From a bacterium (GTDB lineage: Bacteria; Electryoneota; Electryoneia; Electryoneales; Electryoneaceae), in NCBI GenBank assembly GCA_963675295.2, contig CAXXKJ010000002.1, positions 2,464,001 to 2,528,000 on the forward strand: a stretch of 64,000 nucleotides of DNA, read 5' to 3'. Position 1 is the first letter of the stretch; every line of letters begins with the position of its first letter. The notes under the pieces are model-generated. The model worked only from the letters and a program-made list of their open reading frames with translations, was not told where the DNA came from and made no database searches. A program made the position numbers and the translations under genes. This document shows, piece after piece, positions 18,455-28,428 of this stretch.

Positions 18455-19252
18455 ATGATTGATACACATGTCCATCTGACATGGAGAACCTTCGACGGAC
18501 AGGTCGAGGAGGTGGTGCATCGGGCGAAGGAAGCAGGCGTGCGTGCGATCATCGATCTCGGCACCGATGTCACCACCTCGAAGCAGTGCCGTGAGCACGC
18601 CCATCAGTTCGACAACGTCTGGTTCGGCGCGGGGATTCATCCGAACGACGCCGGCAGTGCACGATCCGGCGATCTTGATCTGGTGATGGCGTTATGCTCG
18701 GATGACCGCTGCGTCGCGGTCGCGGAGATTGGTCTCGATTTCTACCGCGATCACACTGAACCGGAGGTTCAGGAACGTTGGTTCGCGGAGCAGTTGCAAC
18801 TCGCGAAGGATCTCGACAAACCGGTGGTGATTCACGACCGGGAAGCGTCGAAGCGGCTGCTGGAGGTGCTGGACGATGTCGGGTACGACGGCATCGACGG
18901 CCCCGGCGGGGTGTTTCACTGTTACGCCGGTGACGAAGCGATGACGAAGCAAGTGCTGGATCGTGGCTTCCACATCTCGTTTACCGGGAACATCACGTAC
19001 AAGAAGTCGGATCGTCCCGAGATCGCGAAACTGATTCCGTTGGACCGGCTGATGATCGAGACGGACAGCCCGTTCATGGCACCGGTACCGCGTCGTGGCA
19101 AGACTAATGAACCGGGCTATGTCGGTTATGTCGCCGGTGCGTTGGCGAAGGCGCACGGCGTCAGCCTGGACAAGGTGATTTACGAGACGACACAGACGGC
19201 GGTGAAGTTGTTCCGTCTGCCGGAAACGTTGCTTGAGGGGCTGGAGGCGTGA
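18455..19252 (+). CDS. tatD: TatD family hydrolase
   Basis: IDTHVH, GIHP, EIGLDF, IHDR, FHCY, IETDSP. Confidence 0.95.
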   Translation: MIDTHVHLTWRTFDGQVEEVVHRAKEAGVRAIIDLGTDVTTSKQCREHAHQFDNVWFGAGIHPNDAGSARSGDLDLVMALCSDDRCVAVAEIGLDFYRDHTEPEVQERWFAEQLQLAKDLDKPVVIHDREASKRLLEVLDDVGYDGIDGPGGVFHCYAGDEAMTKQVLDRGFHISFTGNITYKKSDRPEIAKLIPLDRLMIETDSPFMAPVPRRGKTNEPGYVGYVAGALAKAHGVSLDKVIYETTQTAVKLFRLPETLLEGLEA

Positions 19253-20043
19253 GGAGCAAATCGCGCGGACGAGGACTGGAAGCACGGTCGAAGCGGGTGG
19301 ATGTTGCCCCGTATACGATGCTTGCGCAGTTCTACGACGAGGTCATGGACCACGTCAACTACCGCGCGTGGGCGTCCTACATCGACAAAATGGCGGTCAA
19401 GAAACACGGTCTCCGTCGTGGACGGGCAATCGACTTTGCCTGTGGAACCGGCACGTTGCTGACCTACCTCGCACGGTTGGGTTGGGACACGGTCGGCGTC
19501 GATGCCTCGTCTCCGATGGTCGAGGAGGCGAAAGCGATCAAGCCGCCGCGTGGGCGTGTCATGCAATGGGGCGTGTACTCGTTCCTGGAAACGCCGGATG
19601 TCGAACCGTGCGACCTCGGGATCTGTGTCTACGATTCATTGAACTACCTGCTGGACGAGGAGGAAGTCGCGACGTTTTTCCGCAACGCGCGCCAGGTGAT
19701 CCGTCCCGGCGGATTGCTGGTCGTTGACCTGAGCACCGAAATCAACAGCCGCATCCATTTCAATGGGTCGGCGATGGAGGAACACCTCAAGGGCGGATCG
19801 TACCGCAGAATCACCCGTTACGACGAAGAGGAACGCATCCAGCATAACGTGTTCAACATCTACCCGGACGGCGAGGACACGGTGTACGTCGAACATCATC
19901 AGCAGCGGATCTACATGATCCAGACGGTGTTGGATATCGCGAAAGAGAATGGATTTCAACCGAAGAACGTGTATCACGAACTGACGTTCAAACCGGGTGA
20001 CGAGACCAGCGACCGGATTCACATCGCGGCGGAGCCGGTATGA
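19249..20043 (+). CDS. Class I SAM-dependent methyltransferase
   Basis: IDFACGTG, GVDAS, YDSLNYL, RPGG. Confidence 0.9.
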   Translation: MRSKSRGRGLEARSKRVDVAPYTMLAQFYDEVMDHVNYRAWASYIDKMAVKKHGLRRGRAIDFACGTGTLLTYLARLGWDTVGVDASSPMVEEAKAIKPPRGRVMQWGVYSFLETPDVEPCDLGICVYDSLNYLLDEEEVATFFRNARQVIRPGGLLVVDLSTEINSRIHFNGSAMEEHLKGGSYRRITRYDEEERIQHNVFNIYPDGEDTVYVEHHQQRIYMIQTVLDIAKENGFQPKNVYHELTFKPGDETSDRIHIAAEPV

Positions 20044-20699
20044 TCGAGCTGATGCGGGTGAGCAAAATATATGATCGCGGGCGCGGCGTCCGTGACGTCA
20101 GCTTCCGCATCAACAAGGGCGAATGGGTGCTGCTGGTTGGTGGATCCGGCGCGGGTAAGTCGACGATCCTGCGGATGATGTACGGCGCCCTGCGTCCCGA
20201 CAGCGGGGACGTGATCGTCGGCAGTCACCGTCTGTCACAAGTGAAGGACAAGGATCTACCCACTGTCCGCCGCCTGCTCGGTATCATCGACCAGGATCTG
20301 ACCCTGGTCGCGGATCGTAGTGTCTACCGCAATGTCTCCCTCGTTGGCGAAGTCCTCGGCTGGACGAAAAAACAGACCAAGGTGCAGGCGCTTCGTGTGC
20401 TGAACCGTGTTGGCCTGCACGCCCACCTCGACCAGTATCCGAAGAACCTCAGCCGTGGTGAGATGCGGCGGCTGGCTATTGCCCGAGCGCTGGTCGCGCA
20501 ACCGTTCGCGTTGATCGCGGACGAACCGTTGATCCATCTGGACCACGAGACCGCCACCTCGATTGTCGAACTGCTGGCGAAGATTCACGCACAGGGCACC
20601 TCGATTGTGCTCGCAACCCATCGCGCTGAACTGTTCGACGGCTACCCGGTGCGGAAGCTGTATGTCGAACAGGGTGAGTTGCGGGAGGAGACGCGATGA
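20040..20699 (+). CDS. ftsE: Cell division ATP-binding protein FtsE
   Basis: GGSGAGKST, LIADEP, ATH; overlaps the ftsX-like gene; signature is the variant LSRGE. Confidence 0.8.
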   Translation: MIELMRVSKIYDRGRGVRDVSFRINKGEWVLLVGGSGAGKSTILRMMYGALRPDSGDVIVGSHRLSQVKDKDLPTVRRLLGIIDQDLTLVADRSVYRNVSLVGEVLGWTKKQTKVQALRVLNRVGLHAHLDQYPKNLSRGEMRRLAIARALVAQPFALIADEPLIHLDHETATSIVELLAKIHAQGTSIVLATHRAELFDGYPVRKLYVEQGELREETR

Positions 20700-21538
20700 G
20701 CGGCGGATTCATCCTGCGGGAAGGGTGGGTGGCGTGGCGTCGCAGCGGCCTCGCCGGCAACCTGGCGATGATCGCGCTGGCGGTGGTGTCGGCGTTCATC
20801 ATGCTGTTCTCAGGATTCCAGCAGACGGTTGATATCGCACGGGACCGGTTGCTCGGTGGTTTCGAGATCGAGGCGTTTCTGCAGCCGGGCCGGGAACGCA
20901 ACCTGGACGAGGTGAGTACCCGGCTTGGGAATCGGGACGGTGTCCGTGAAGTCGAAACCATTACCCGGGAACAGGCGGCGGAATTGTTCGCTGAGCGGCA
21001 CGGAGAGGACTTGACCGGCCTGCTCGCCGAGAATCCTCTCCCGGCTTCGGTCATCCTACGGTATGATCCGGGTGCGATCTCGGCAGACCGGTTGGCGATG
21101 GAAGCCGATGAAATTATCGCCGATCCGGACATCGAGGACGTCGCATTTGAGGGTGAGCTGCTCGCCCGATTTGAACAGTTAAGCGGCCAGGTGCTGCTGA
21201 TTGCCGGGATCGCCGGCGCGGTGATCGTGCTGATCTCGGTGCTGTTGACCGTGCAGGCGGTGAAAGTCGCGGCGAAGACCGGCGAATCCTGGGCGCGGGC
21301 GGTGTTTCTCGTTGGCGGGACGCACGGCCAGGTGCGTGGCCCGTTGGCGGTCAGTGGCCTGTTGATGGGACTGTTCGGCGGCTTGATCGGAGTGTTGTTG
21401 ATCGGCGGGGCGCAGTGGTTTCTGGCGTCGTCTCCGTGGATTGCGACTCCGGCGCTCCGTGCAATTGTGTCTGCTCTGGTGCTTCCAGCGCTTGTGGGTT
21501 GGCTTGGGGCGGCCCGGCGAGTGCGTGCCGGTGGTTGA
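20696..21538 (+). CDS. ftsX: Cell division permease FtsX
   Basis: 4-TM layout with large first loop; ENPLPAS motif. Confidence 0.8.
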   Translation: MSGGFILREGWVAWRRSGLAGNLAMIALAVVSAFIMLFSGFQQTVDIARDRLLGGFEIEAFLQPGRERNLDEVSTRLGNRDGVREVETITREQAAELFAERHGEDLTGLLAENPLPASVILRYDPGAISADRLAMEADEIIADPDIEDVAFEGELLARFEQLSGQVLLIAGIAGAVIVLISVLLTVQAVKVAAKTGESWARAVFLVGGTHGQVRGPLAVSGLLMGLFGGLIGVLLIGGAQWFLASSPWIATPALRAIVSALVLPALVGWLGAARRVRAGG

Positions 21539-21549
21539 ACCGTGCTCGC

Positions 21550-21579
21550 TTGACAGGGTTTCAGATCACCCGTTATACT
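21550..21579 (+). promoter_or_regulatory. sigma70 promoter of the hrcA operon
   Basis: TTGACA-18 nt-TATACT. Confidence 0.75.
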
Positions 21580-21622
21580 ACTAAGCTATCGCAGGATTGA
21601 ATTGAGTGGAGCATTTCGTACG

Positions 21623-22678
21623 ATGTCGCACGTGCCAGGACTGAACCGTGACCTGAACGAACGCGAGCGGGCTGTGTTTACAGCCTTGCTGCAGGAGTAT
21701 TTGTTCACGGCGCGCGCGGTGGGTTCTCGCACGTTGAGCAAGCGGCTGGCGATGGAGTTGTCGCCGGCGACGATCCGCAACGTGATGGCCGACCTCGAGG
21801 AGCTCGGACTGCTCAAGCAGCCGCACACCTCGGCGGGCCGTGTTCCGACCAACCTCGGCTACGGGCTTTATGTCGATGCGATGATGGAGCGGGTCGAGGT
21901 CGGGCATGATGAGCGTCAGACGATCATGCGCGCGCTGGAAGAGGTCGCGATCGGCGGGATCAATGACGTGCTTGACCGCACCAGCGATGCGTTGGCGCGA
22001 ACGAGTGCGTTGATCGCGGTGGTGTTGACGCCGCAGCTGGCTGAGGGCATCCTGCACCGGATCGACATGGTCCGGATCGCCTCGGGCCGCTTGATGGTGA
22101 TTCTGACCATTCGGAACGGCTTCGTGCGCAACATCTTGCTCAATATCGCATCCACGCTCGAGGACGCCGAGATTGACGGCGCTGTGCGCGTGCTGAACGA
22201 GCGCCTGGCCGGGTTGAAGCTGGGTGAGGTACGGACCAGCATCGCCCGCCGGATGGCCGGCGTCCAGCAGCAGGGACGCCCGTTGTTGAAGCTCGTGGTC
22301 GATTCAGCGGATCACATTTTCCGCGAGGATCGAGTCGGAGAGATTCATGTGGACGGCGCAAGCAACGTCTTCTACCAGCCCGATTTCGCGGATCTGGATC
22401 AGACGCGTGCGGTGATTGAGGTGCTGGAAGACCGTGACGTGATCCTGCACCTGCTGAACACGGGCCAGCATCAGACAGAACACGGTGTGCGCATCAGCAT
22501 TGGGGAAGAGACGGGTCAACAGGTGCTGGAAGGCTGCAGCGTTGTTGCGGCCAGCTACAGCATCGGCGACACCGAGGGCACGCTCGGCGTCATCGGCCCA
22601 ACCCGAATGAATTACGCGCACCTTTCATCCCTGGTGAAATTCGCCGCGGAAGCGGTTCAACTACGTGTCGAAACCTGA
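21623..22678 (+). CDS. hrcA: Heat-inducible transcription repressor HrcA
   Basis: VGSRTL, SPATIRNVMADLE, PHTSAGRVPT, GVIGPTRMNY. Confidence 0.96.
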   Translation: MSHVPGLNRDLNERERAVFTALLQEYLFTARAVGSRTLSKRLAMELSPATIRNVMADLEELGLLKQPHTSAGRVPTNLGYGLYVDAMMERVEVGHDERQTIMRALEEVAIGGINDVLDRTSDALARTSALIAVVLTPQLAEGILHRIDMVRIASGRLMVILTIRNGFVRNILLNIASTLEDAEIDGAVRVLNERLAGLKLGEVRTSIARRMAGVQQQGRPLLKLVVDSADHIFREDRVGEIHVDGASNVFYQPDFADLDQTRAVIEVLEDRDVILHLLNTGQHQTEHGVRISIGEETGQQVLEGCSVVAASYSIGDTEGTLGVIGPTRMNYAHLSSLVKFAAEAVQLRVET

Positions 22679-22688
22679 GATTTGACGT

Positions 22689-23282
22689 TTGGCAAAGATG
22701 AGCAAGAAAGACAAACAACAGGCTGAAGCGGCGGAAAACGCCGCGTCAACGGCTGAAGAGACGAAGCACATCAACATCACCGATGACGGTGCCACGATTG
22801 AGGAAAATGATCTCGACCGCCGCATCACCGAGCTGACGGAAGAAAACGACCGTCTCCGGGACCAGATGTTGCGTGCCCGTGCGGAATTCGAGAATTTCCG
22901 CCGCCGGAAGATCCGTGAGTTCGAAGAATTCAGCGCGTTGGCCAACGAGAGCCTGATCGAGGATCTGTTGCCGGTGCTGGATGACTTCGCGCTGCTGATT
23001 CACAATGCCGAGGACAAGAAGGACGTTGCCGGATTGCTGGAAGGTGCGAAGCTGATTCAGCAGAAATTCAGCGACACCTTGCGTAAGCGCGGGTTGGAAG
23101 AGGTTGAGGCGGAAGGTAAGCCGTTCGACCCGGAGTTGCACGAAGCGTTGCTGACAACGCCCAGTCCGGACGCCGAACCCGGAACCGTTTTGAATGTACA
23201 CCAGACCGGCTACAAACTCGGCAACAAGCTGATCCGCCCGAGCCGGGTGATCATCGCCGCTGCATCTGACCAGGAAGGCTGA
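22689..23282 (+). CDS. grpE: Nucleotide exchange factor GrpE
   Basis: [31 protein letters not shown]...RP; start 22689 or 22698. Confidence 0.95.
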   Translation: MAKMSKKDKQQAEAAENAASTAEETKHINITDDGATIEENDLDRRITELTEENDRLRDQMLRARAEFENFRRRKIREFEEFSALANESLIEDLLPVLDDFALLIHNAEDKKDVAGLLEGAKLIQQKFSDTLRKRGLEEVEAEGKPFDPELHEALLTTPSPDAEPGTVLNVHQTGYKLGNKLIRPSRVIIAAASDQEG

Positions 23283-23283
23283 A

Positions 23284-24438
23284 ATGGCCCAGCGAGATTA
23301 TTATGAAGTCCTCGGTGTAGAGCGCAGCGCGGGCGAAGCAGAGATCAAGAAGGCATACCGCAAATTGGCGATGCAGTACCATCCCGACCGGAACAAGGGG
23401 GATGCGGACGCGGAAGCCAAGTTCAAGGAAGTCGGCGAGGCGTACTCGGTTCTTTCCGATGCTGACAAGCGCGCCCGGTACGACCGTTTCGGGCACGCTG
23501 GCCTAGGCGGAGCAGCAGGCGGGCCTGGCGGATTCGGCGGTGGTGTCGACATCGACCCGTTCGAGATCTTCAGCAGCATTTTTGGTGGCATGGGCTTCGG
23601 CGACATCTTCGGCGGCGCGGGCGGTGGACAGCGTGGCCGTCGCACGATGAAGGGCCGTGACCTGCGCGTCGACCTCGCAGTGACCCTCGAGGAAGTCGCA
23701 GAAGGGGTGACCAAGAAGATCAAGGTCAACCGCTACGAGCGTTGTGTCGAATGCGGTGGCTCCGGCGCACGGGACCGTACCGCGACTGAGACCTGCCCGA
23801 CCTGTCGAGGTGCGGGTGAGGTTCGCCAGGTGACGCGGTCGTTGCTCGGCCAGATGGTCAATGTCAGCACCTGCCCAACGTGCAACGGACGCGGCGAGGT
23901 GGTGAAGGATCCGTGCCAGGTGTGTCACGGAGAAGGCCGCAACAAAAACGCGTCGACGATCGAGATCAATGTGCCCGCCGGTGTCGAGAAGGGCAATTAC
24001 ATGACCATGCGCGGCGAGGGACATGCCGGCCCGCATGGTGGTCCGTCAGGCGACCTGATCATCGTGTTTGACATCAAGAAGCATGATCAGTTCGAACGCC
24101 ACGGCGACGATCTGCTTTACGGCCTGCATATTTCGATCCCGCAGGCAGTGCTCGGTGGAGAGGTTGAGGTGCCGACGTTGAACGGGTCGGTCGAGGTGGA
24201 CATTCCCAGTGGCACGCAGGCGGGTAAGATCCTGCGACTGCGTGGTAAGGGGTTGCGACACCTGAACAGTTCCGGCAAGGGTGATTTGCTGGTGCAGGTG
24301 AACGTATACATCCCGACCAAGCTGAGTTCGGAAGAGCGCGAGGTGTTTGAGTCACTGAAGGATATGGACGGTGTGCAGCCTCCGAAGGATGGTGACCACA
24401 GCTTTTTCCAGAAAGTGAAGAACGCGTTCTTCAAGTAA
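23284..24438 (+). CDS. dnaJ: Chaperone DnaJ
   Basis: J-domain HPD, G/F region, four CxxCxGxG repeats. Confidence 0.97.
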   Translation: MAQRDYYEVLGVERSAGEAEIKKAYRKLAMQYHPDRNKGDADAEAKFKEVGEAYSVLSDADKRARYDRFGHAGLGGAAGGPGGFGGGVDIDPFEIFSSIFGGMGFGDIFGGAGGGQRGRRTMKGRDLRVDLAVTLEEVAEGVTKKIKVNRYERCVECGGSGARDRTATETCPTCRGAGEVRQVTRSLLGQMVNVSTCPTCNGRGEVVKDPCQVCHGEGRNKNASTIEINVPAGVEKGNYMTMRGEGHAGPHGGPSGDLIIVFDIKKHDQFERHGDDLLYGLHISIPQAVLGGEVEVPTLNGSVEVDIPSGTQAGKILRLRGKGLRHLNSSGKGDLLVQVNVYIPTKLSSEEREVFESLKDMDGVQPPKDGDHSFFQKVKNAFFK

Positions 24439-24449
24439 TCGAGTGAGTG

Positions 24450-24478
24450 ACGGCGTGTTGTCAGCAACACGCCGTTTT
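24450..24478 (+). terminator. dnaJ terminator
   Basis: acggcgtgttg-tcag-caacacgccgt-ttt. Confidence 0.8.
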
Positions 24479-24521
24479 GTTGACCTGTGCCATTCGCCAA
24501 GATCCAACGTGGGGATCAACG

Positions 24522-25154
24522 ATGAATCGGGAGCAACGCAAGCCGTCGTTCGCACTGACCGAGATGGAGAAGCGAACTCTCTTCGTGCTGGCGTTGCTGC
24601 TGGTAATCGGGCTGGTCGCAAAGCAGGTTTTGCGGTGGACAGATGGTGGGGAAGGCGTCGTAATCCAAGGCGCTCCGCCGGTTGCGGCGCTTCCGGAGGA
24701 CTCCATGTCGACGGAAGCACTCCCGGGCGGGAATGCCTCAGGTTCACTGGCACCTTCCACGTCTGACGATGTACCTTCCGTTTTGCATGCCTCCTCTTCG
24801 GGGGAATCCGTTTCGGAGACTCCGGGTGGAGGTGATGGGGATCGGTCTACATCCGATCCCGGGCGCTGGAGCGACGTTTCTCCACAACTGCAGCAGGATC
24901 AGGTCAAAGTACGTGTGGGTGAGGAATCCGCTGAACCGTCAACACGGGCGCAGCGGTTAAACCTGAACACGTGTACGGTGTCCGAGCTGGAGAGTATTCC
25001 CGGCATCGGTCAGGTTCTGGCCTCACGAATCCTGCAGTGGCGAAGCGAACACGGTGCCTTCCAGCGGCTGGAAGACCTCCTGCTGGTTGAAGGAATAGGC
25101 GAGAAACGGCTGGCCACGTTGCGGCAGCATGTCGACGTCCAGCCTGGTCACTAG
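24522..25154 (+). CDS. comEA: ComEA-family helix-hairpin-helix DNA-binding protein
   Basis: N-terminal TM, disordered linker, LNLNT...LESIPGIG...LLLVEGIG. Confidence 0.85.
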   Translation: MNREQRKPSFALTEMEKRTLFVLALLLVIGLVAKQVLRWTDGGEGVVIQGAPPVAALPEDSMSTEALPGGNASGSLAPSTSDDVPSVLHASSSGESVSETPGGGDGDRSTSDPGRWSDVSPQLQQDQVKVRVGEESAEPSTRAQRLNLNTCTVSELESIPGIGQVLASRILQWRSEHGAFQRLEDLLLVEGIGEKRLATLRQHVDVQPGH

Positions 25155-25175
25155 TGGAGAGTAAGGGGAAGCACG

Positions 25176-26456
25176 ATGGCTGAAACCCGTCACTATGAAC
25201 CACGCGGCAGTTGGATTTTGAAGATCCTGATTGTGATTCTCGTTGTCGCCCTGGTCGCGAGCGTGCTCTATCCTCAGAAGTTGTGGCAGAAGCAGGACGA
25301 GTTGACCGCGGCGAGCCGTCTCACGATGGACAACCTGAACTTTGTGGTTCAGCGCTATCATGAGGCAACAGACAGCTACATCGCGGATCTCGACAGCCTG
25401 CTCCGGTTCATGGAGAACGATTCGATCGCGGTCAAGCGCGCGACGTTCGAAATGGACAAGATGTCGCTGTATGATGCTCCGTACGACTCGTTCATCGTCG
25501 ACTTCTCGGACAAGTTCCACTTCTCCGAAATCATGACGGAAGCGTACAGCCAGGGGCAGATGGTCAGCGAAGACCAGATGGAGAGCGCGCTGGTCGATTC
25601 GATCCTGATCAAGATGATGCCGAAGCCGGAATTTGAAGGTGTTGTCCGTCCGGTGCTGTACAAGATGGTGTCGCCGCAGGATCTGCATTATTACTACCCG
25701 ATGCAGGGTGACGATGACACGCGTTTGATCGTCTGGGGTGACGGCAAGATCACCCGTGACTACCTGCCGTACGAAGAGTACCTCGTCCCATCCAAGGAAT
25801 ACCTGTTGACGATGCCGTTGTCTGAGCTTCGCAACGATCCGATTACCGGTACCGAGTACCTGCTGAACCTCAACACCCGGTTGTCAATCGAAGGCAAGAT
25901 CGATTACAACATGGTCAGCCGCGGTGAGCCGGAAAACCCGGTACTGGGAAAGGAGCTGTACACCAACCTGTTTGTGAACCGGTTGGCGCGTCAGGCTCGT
26001 GCGCGTCTCGAGCAGGACATGCAGAAGGACACCACGCTGTACGAGATGCAGCTCGAACTGCAGGGTGACTACTTCGAGGTGGAAATCGAACTGTTGTCAC
26101 CGCGCAAGACGACGACCGTGGAGGCGAACACCGAAGTGATGACTCCGGTGGATTCGGTAGCATCCTACCAGGATATCGACCGTCTGCGCGACATGCTGTT
26201 CACCGTACAATATGACAGCCTGATCCGTGTCTGGACCGACCTTGAGGCGGTGCAGGATGTGATTGCCAAGCTGACGTACACCGAGACGATCGGTGTGACC
26301 AAGATTGACACGATCGGCGTTACGATCCGTCCGCAGATGGGCGAAGAATACGATCTGCCGTCGGAGGGATTCCTCGAATCGATCTTCACCGTCGGCCCGA
26401 TCGAGAATCCGGGTTACATTGAGAACAACGACTTGTCGTGGAGCGAAACCCGCTGA
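25176..26456 (+). CDS. Hypothetical membrane-anchored protein (pilin-like N-terminal helix)
   Basis: Long ORF with SD, single N-terminal TM and acidic soluble domain. Confidence 0.8.
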   Translation: MAETRHYEPRGSWILKILIVILVVALVASVLYPQKLWQKQDELTAASRLTMDNLNFVVQRYHEATDSYIADLDSLLRFMENDSIAVKRATFEMDKMSLYDAPYDSFIVDFSDKFHFSEIMTEAYSQGQMVSEDQMESALVDSILIKMMPKPEFEGVVRPVLYKMVSPQDLHYYYPMQGDDDTRLIVWGDGKITRDYLPYEEYLVPSKEYLLTMPLSELRNDPITGTEYLLNLNTRLSIEGKIDYNMVSRGEPENPVLGKELYTNLFVNRLARQARARLEQDMQKDTTLYEMQLELQGDYFEVEIELLSPRKTTTVEANTEVMTPVDSVASYQDIDRLRDMLFTVQYDSLIRVWTDLEAVQDVIAKLTYTETIGVTKIDTIGVTIRPQMGEEYDLPSEGFLESIFTVGPIENPGYIENNDLSWSETR

Positions 26457-27868
26457 CCGACGTTAGTTCACAAGAAGCGAAGCGCCCCCCGAGATACCGC
26501 CTGAGTTGGGACTCGCGGGGGCTTGTTCTTGAGGAGCGACAACCGGATCAGACCTACGTTGTCCGGGCGTCCTCTGCGATAACGTTTCCACCGACACCGC
26601 TTGCCGCAACCCATCCTGAGCTGGGCAAGGTTGTTGAACGGACGATTGTCCAGTTTATGCGTGGCTGGTTGCACGGTGTGGAAAAAATCAGTGTGGCGTT
26701 TTCCCCGCCCTGGGGCAACGCCTGGAAGATTCCTGTCGGCGAACTCAGCGGCGAAGATGTTCGCGAGCACGTCGAGTGGGAACTGCAGCAACGCCTGAAA
26801 GATTCCCTGCACAGTAACATTTTTGCCTGGAACCGGGTGAACGGCGAGGCATATGCCGTCGTCATTCGTCCGGAACTGCTGTCCTTCTGGGAAGATCTAC
26901 TCCGAAACCGTGGTCTCGAACTCAGCTCGGTGACCATCACGTCCGGCCTGGTCGAGCAGGAAATCGAAGAGGAAGCGGATCTGCTTCCATTGCTCCATCT
27001 GTGGCAGTCCAAGGACGAACCCGAAAACAACGGCGTTGACCATTCGATTGATGTTCAGCTGCCTTTGGATGACGCTGAGGATGAAGAGGTTCTCGAAGCT
27101 GATGTCGAGGATGAAGAAACAGTTAAACTGAACGCGGATGCCCTGAGCCAGCACCTGTCCGTCGATGAATTGGACGACGTTGAATTTGAGCCGTTAAAGC
27201 CCAGCCGGGAGCGCGGATTCCTGCCGTGGATGCTCGGTGCGGTTGGTGTGCTGGCGGTTGTCGCGGTGCTGATCTGGTTCTTCCGGGACCCGTTGATGGG
27301 CTTGTTGCAACCGTCCGCGGAGACGACCGAACTCGCTGAGTCTGTGCCTGAAGAAGACGGCATCGTAGATCAGGGAACCGGGGTGGCTGAGACTACTCCT
27401 GCAGGGACTGAGGCATCTTCCGCCGTGCTGCAGCAACGTGCGGGGTATGTACTCGACCGGCTGTTCGCTCAGGCGTTTGAGCAGAATGTCAACCTCAGTG
27501 GCGTGATTCTGCAGGGACGGGAAGTGCTGTTTGAGGCCTCCGGCGATGATGCGACGCTGAACGCGTGGAAAGCGGCTGCGTTCTCCGGACTGTCGATGAC
27601 GCCACAATCCTACGAGTCACGCGGCGGATCGTACCAGTTGGATTCGGTCATGCTGCCGGACATCCCGGAAACTCAGCTGACGGTAACCGAATTCGACCTG
27701 CTGGCATCGGATGCCGGCCTGATCGCGACGGGTGCGGGCTTGTACACCGCGAACCGTGCCGCGTTGACCTCGTTGTTCAACCGGATGGCGGAAACGGGCG
27801 AGCGTCCTTGGCGGCTGTCCGTCCACAAAACCGGCGCTGACTCCTACCACGTGTTGATGATGCCATGA
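26438..27868 (+). CDS. Hypothetical bitopic membrane protein (possible PilM/PilN-like)
   Basis: Cytoplasmic N-domain, acidic linker, one TM (WMLGAVGVLAVVAVLIWFF); overlaps both neighbours. Confidence 0.7.
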   Translation: MERNPLTDVSSQEAKRPPRYRLSWDSRGLVLEERQPDQTYVVRASSAITFPPTPLAATHPELGKVVERTIVQFMRGWLHGVEKISVAFSPPWGNAWKIPVGELSGEDVREHVEWELQQRLKDSLHSNIFAWNRVNGEAYAVVIRPELLSFWEDLLRNRGLELSSVTITSGLVEQEIEEEADLLPLLHLWQSKDEPENNGVDHSIDVQLPLDDAEDEEVLEADVEDEETVKLNADALSQHLSVDELDDVEFEPLKPSRERGFLPWMLGAVGVLAVVAVLIWFFRDPLMGLLQPSAETTELAESVPEEDGIVDQGTGVAETTPAGTEASSAVLQQRAGYVLDRLFAQAFEQNVNLSGVILQGREVLFEASGDDATLNAWKAAAFSGLSMTPQSYESRGGSYQLDSVMLPDIPETQLTVTEFDLLASDAGLIATGAGLYTANRAALTSLFNRMAETGERPWRLSVHKTGADSYHVLMMP

Positions 27869-28422
27869 GACTGACCGGCGGGGAAGGAAAAGGCCGGGTC
27901 CTGTTTGACGCTCCAGACAATGTGCGCCCCACCTCCGGCCGGATTCGCGAACAACTGTTTTTCATGCTGCGTGATCGTCTAGAAGGCGCTCGTGTGCTCG
28001 ACCTGTTCGCCGGGACCGGATCGCTCGGCCTCGAGGCAATCGCTCGTGGTGCGGAGATGGCGACGTTCGTTGAGAAAAACCGGGAAGCGCTGCGGGTGAT
28101 CCGCGGTAACCTCGAGCGTTGCAAGTTCACCGACCGCGCCAAAGTTGTCACTGGTGATGTCTACCAACGTTTGCGTCAGCCATTACAACTGCGCGGTCCG
28201 TTCGACCTCATCTTCGCCGATCCGCCGTATGACGATCCCGCGTTGACCGCGTTGCTCGAAGTGTTGCGCGATCAGCGTCTGCTCACTGACGATGGCCTGT
28301 TCGTTTACGAAACCCGCCACATCGTTGATCCGGAGGAGATGGAAGGTTGGATCCTCGACGATGACCGCAAGGTGGGAGGGACACGCCTGCACTTCTACGC
28401 TCCCGACCCTGACTGGGAGTAA
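27865..28422 (+). CDS. rsmD: 16S rRNA (guanine966-N2)-methyltransferase
   Basis: VRPTSGRIRE, LDLFAGTGSLGLEA, FADPPY. Confidence 0.95.
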   Translation: MRLTGGEGKGRVLFDAPDNVRPTSGRIREQLFFMLRDRLEGARVLDLFAGTGSLGLEAIARGAEMATFVEKNREALRVIRGNLERCKFTDRAKVVTGDVYQRLRQPLQLRGPFDLIFADPPYDDPALTALLEVLRDQRLLTDDGLFVYETRHIVDPEEMEGWILDDDRKVGGTRLHFYAPDPDWE

Positions 28423-28428
28423 TTCGGG

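Noticed and set aside
20446-20545. FtsE variant motifs LSRGE and DEPLIHLD as evidence of inactivity
   Set aside because: Walker A/B and the H-loop are intact; cannot be called without an alignment
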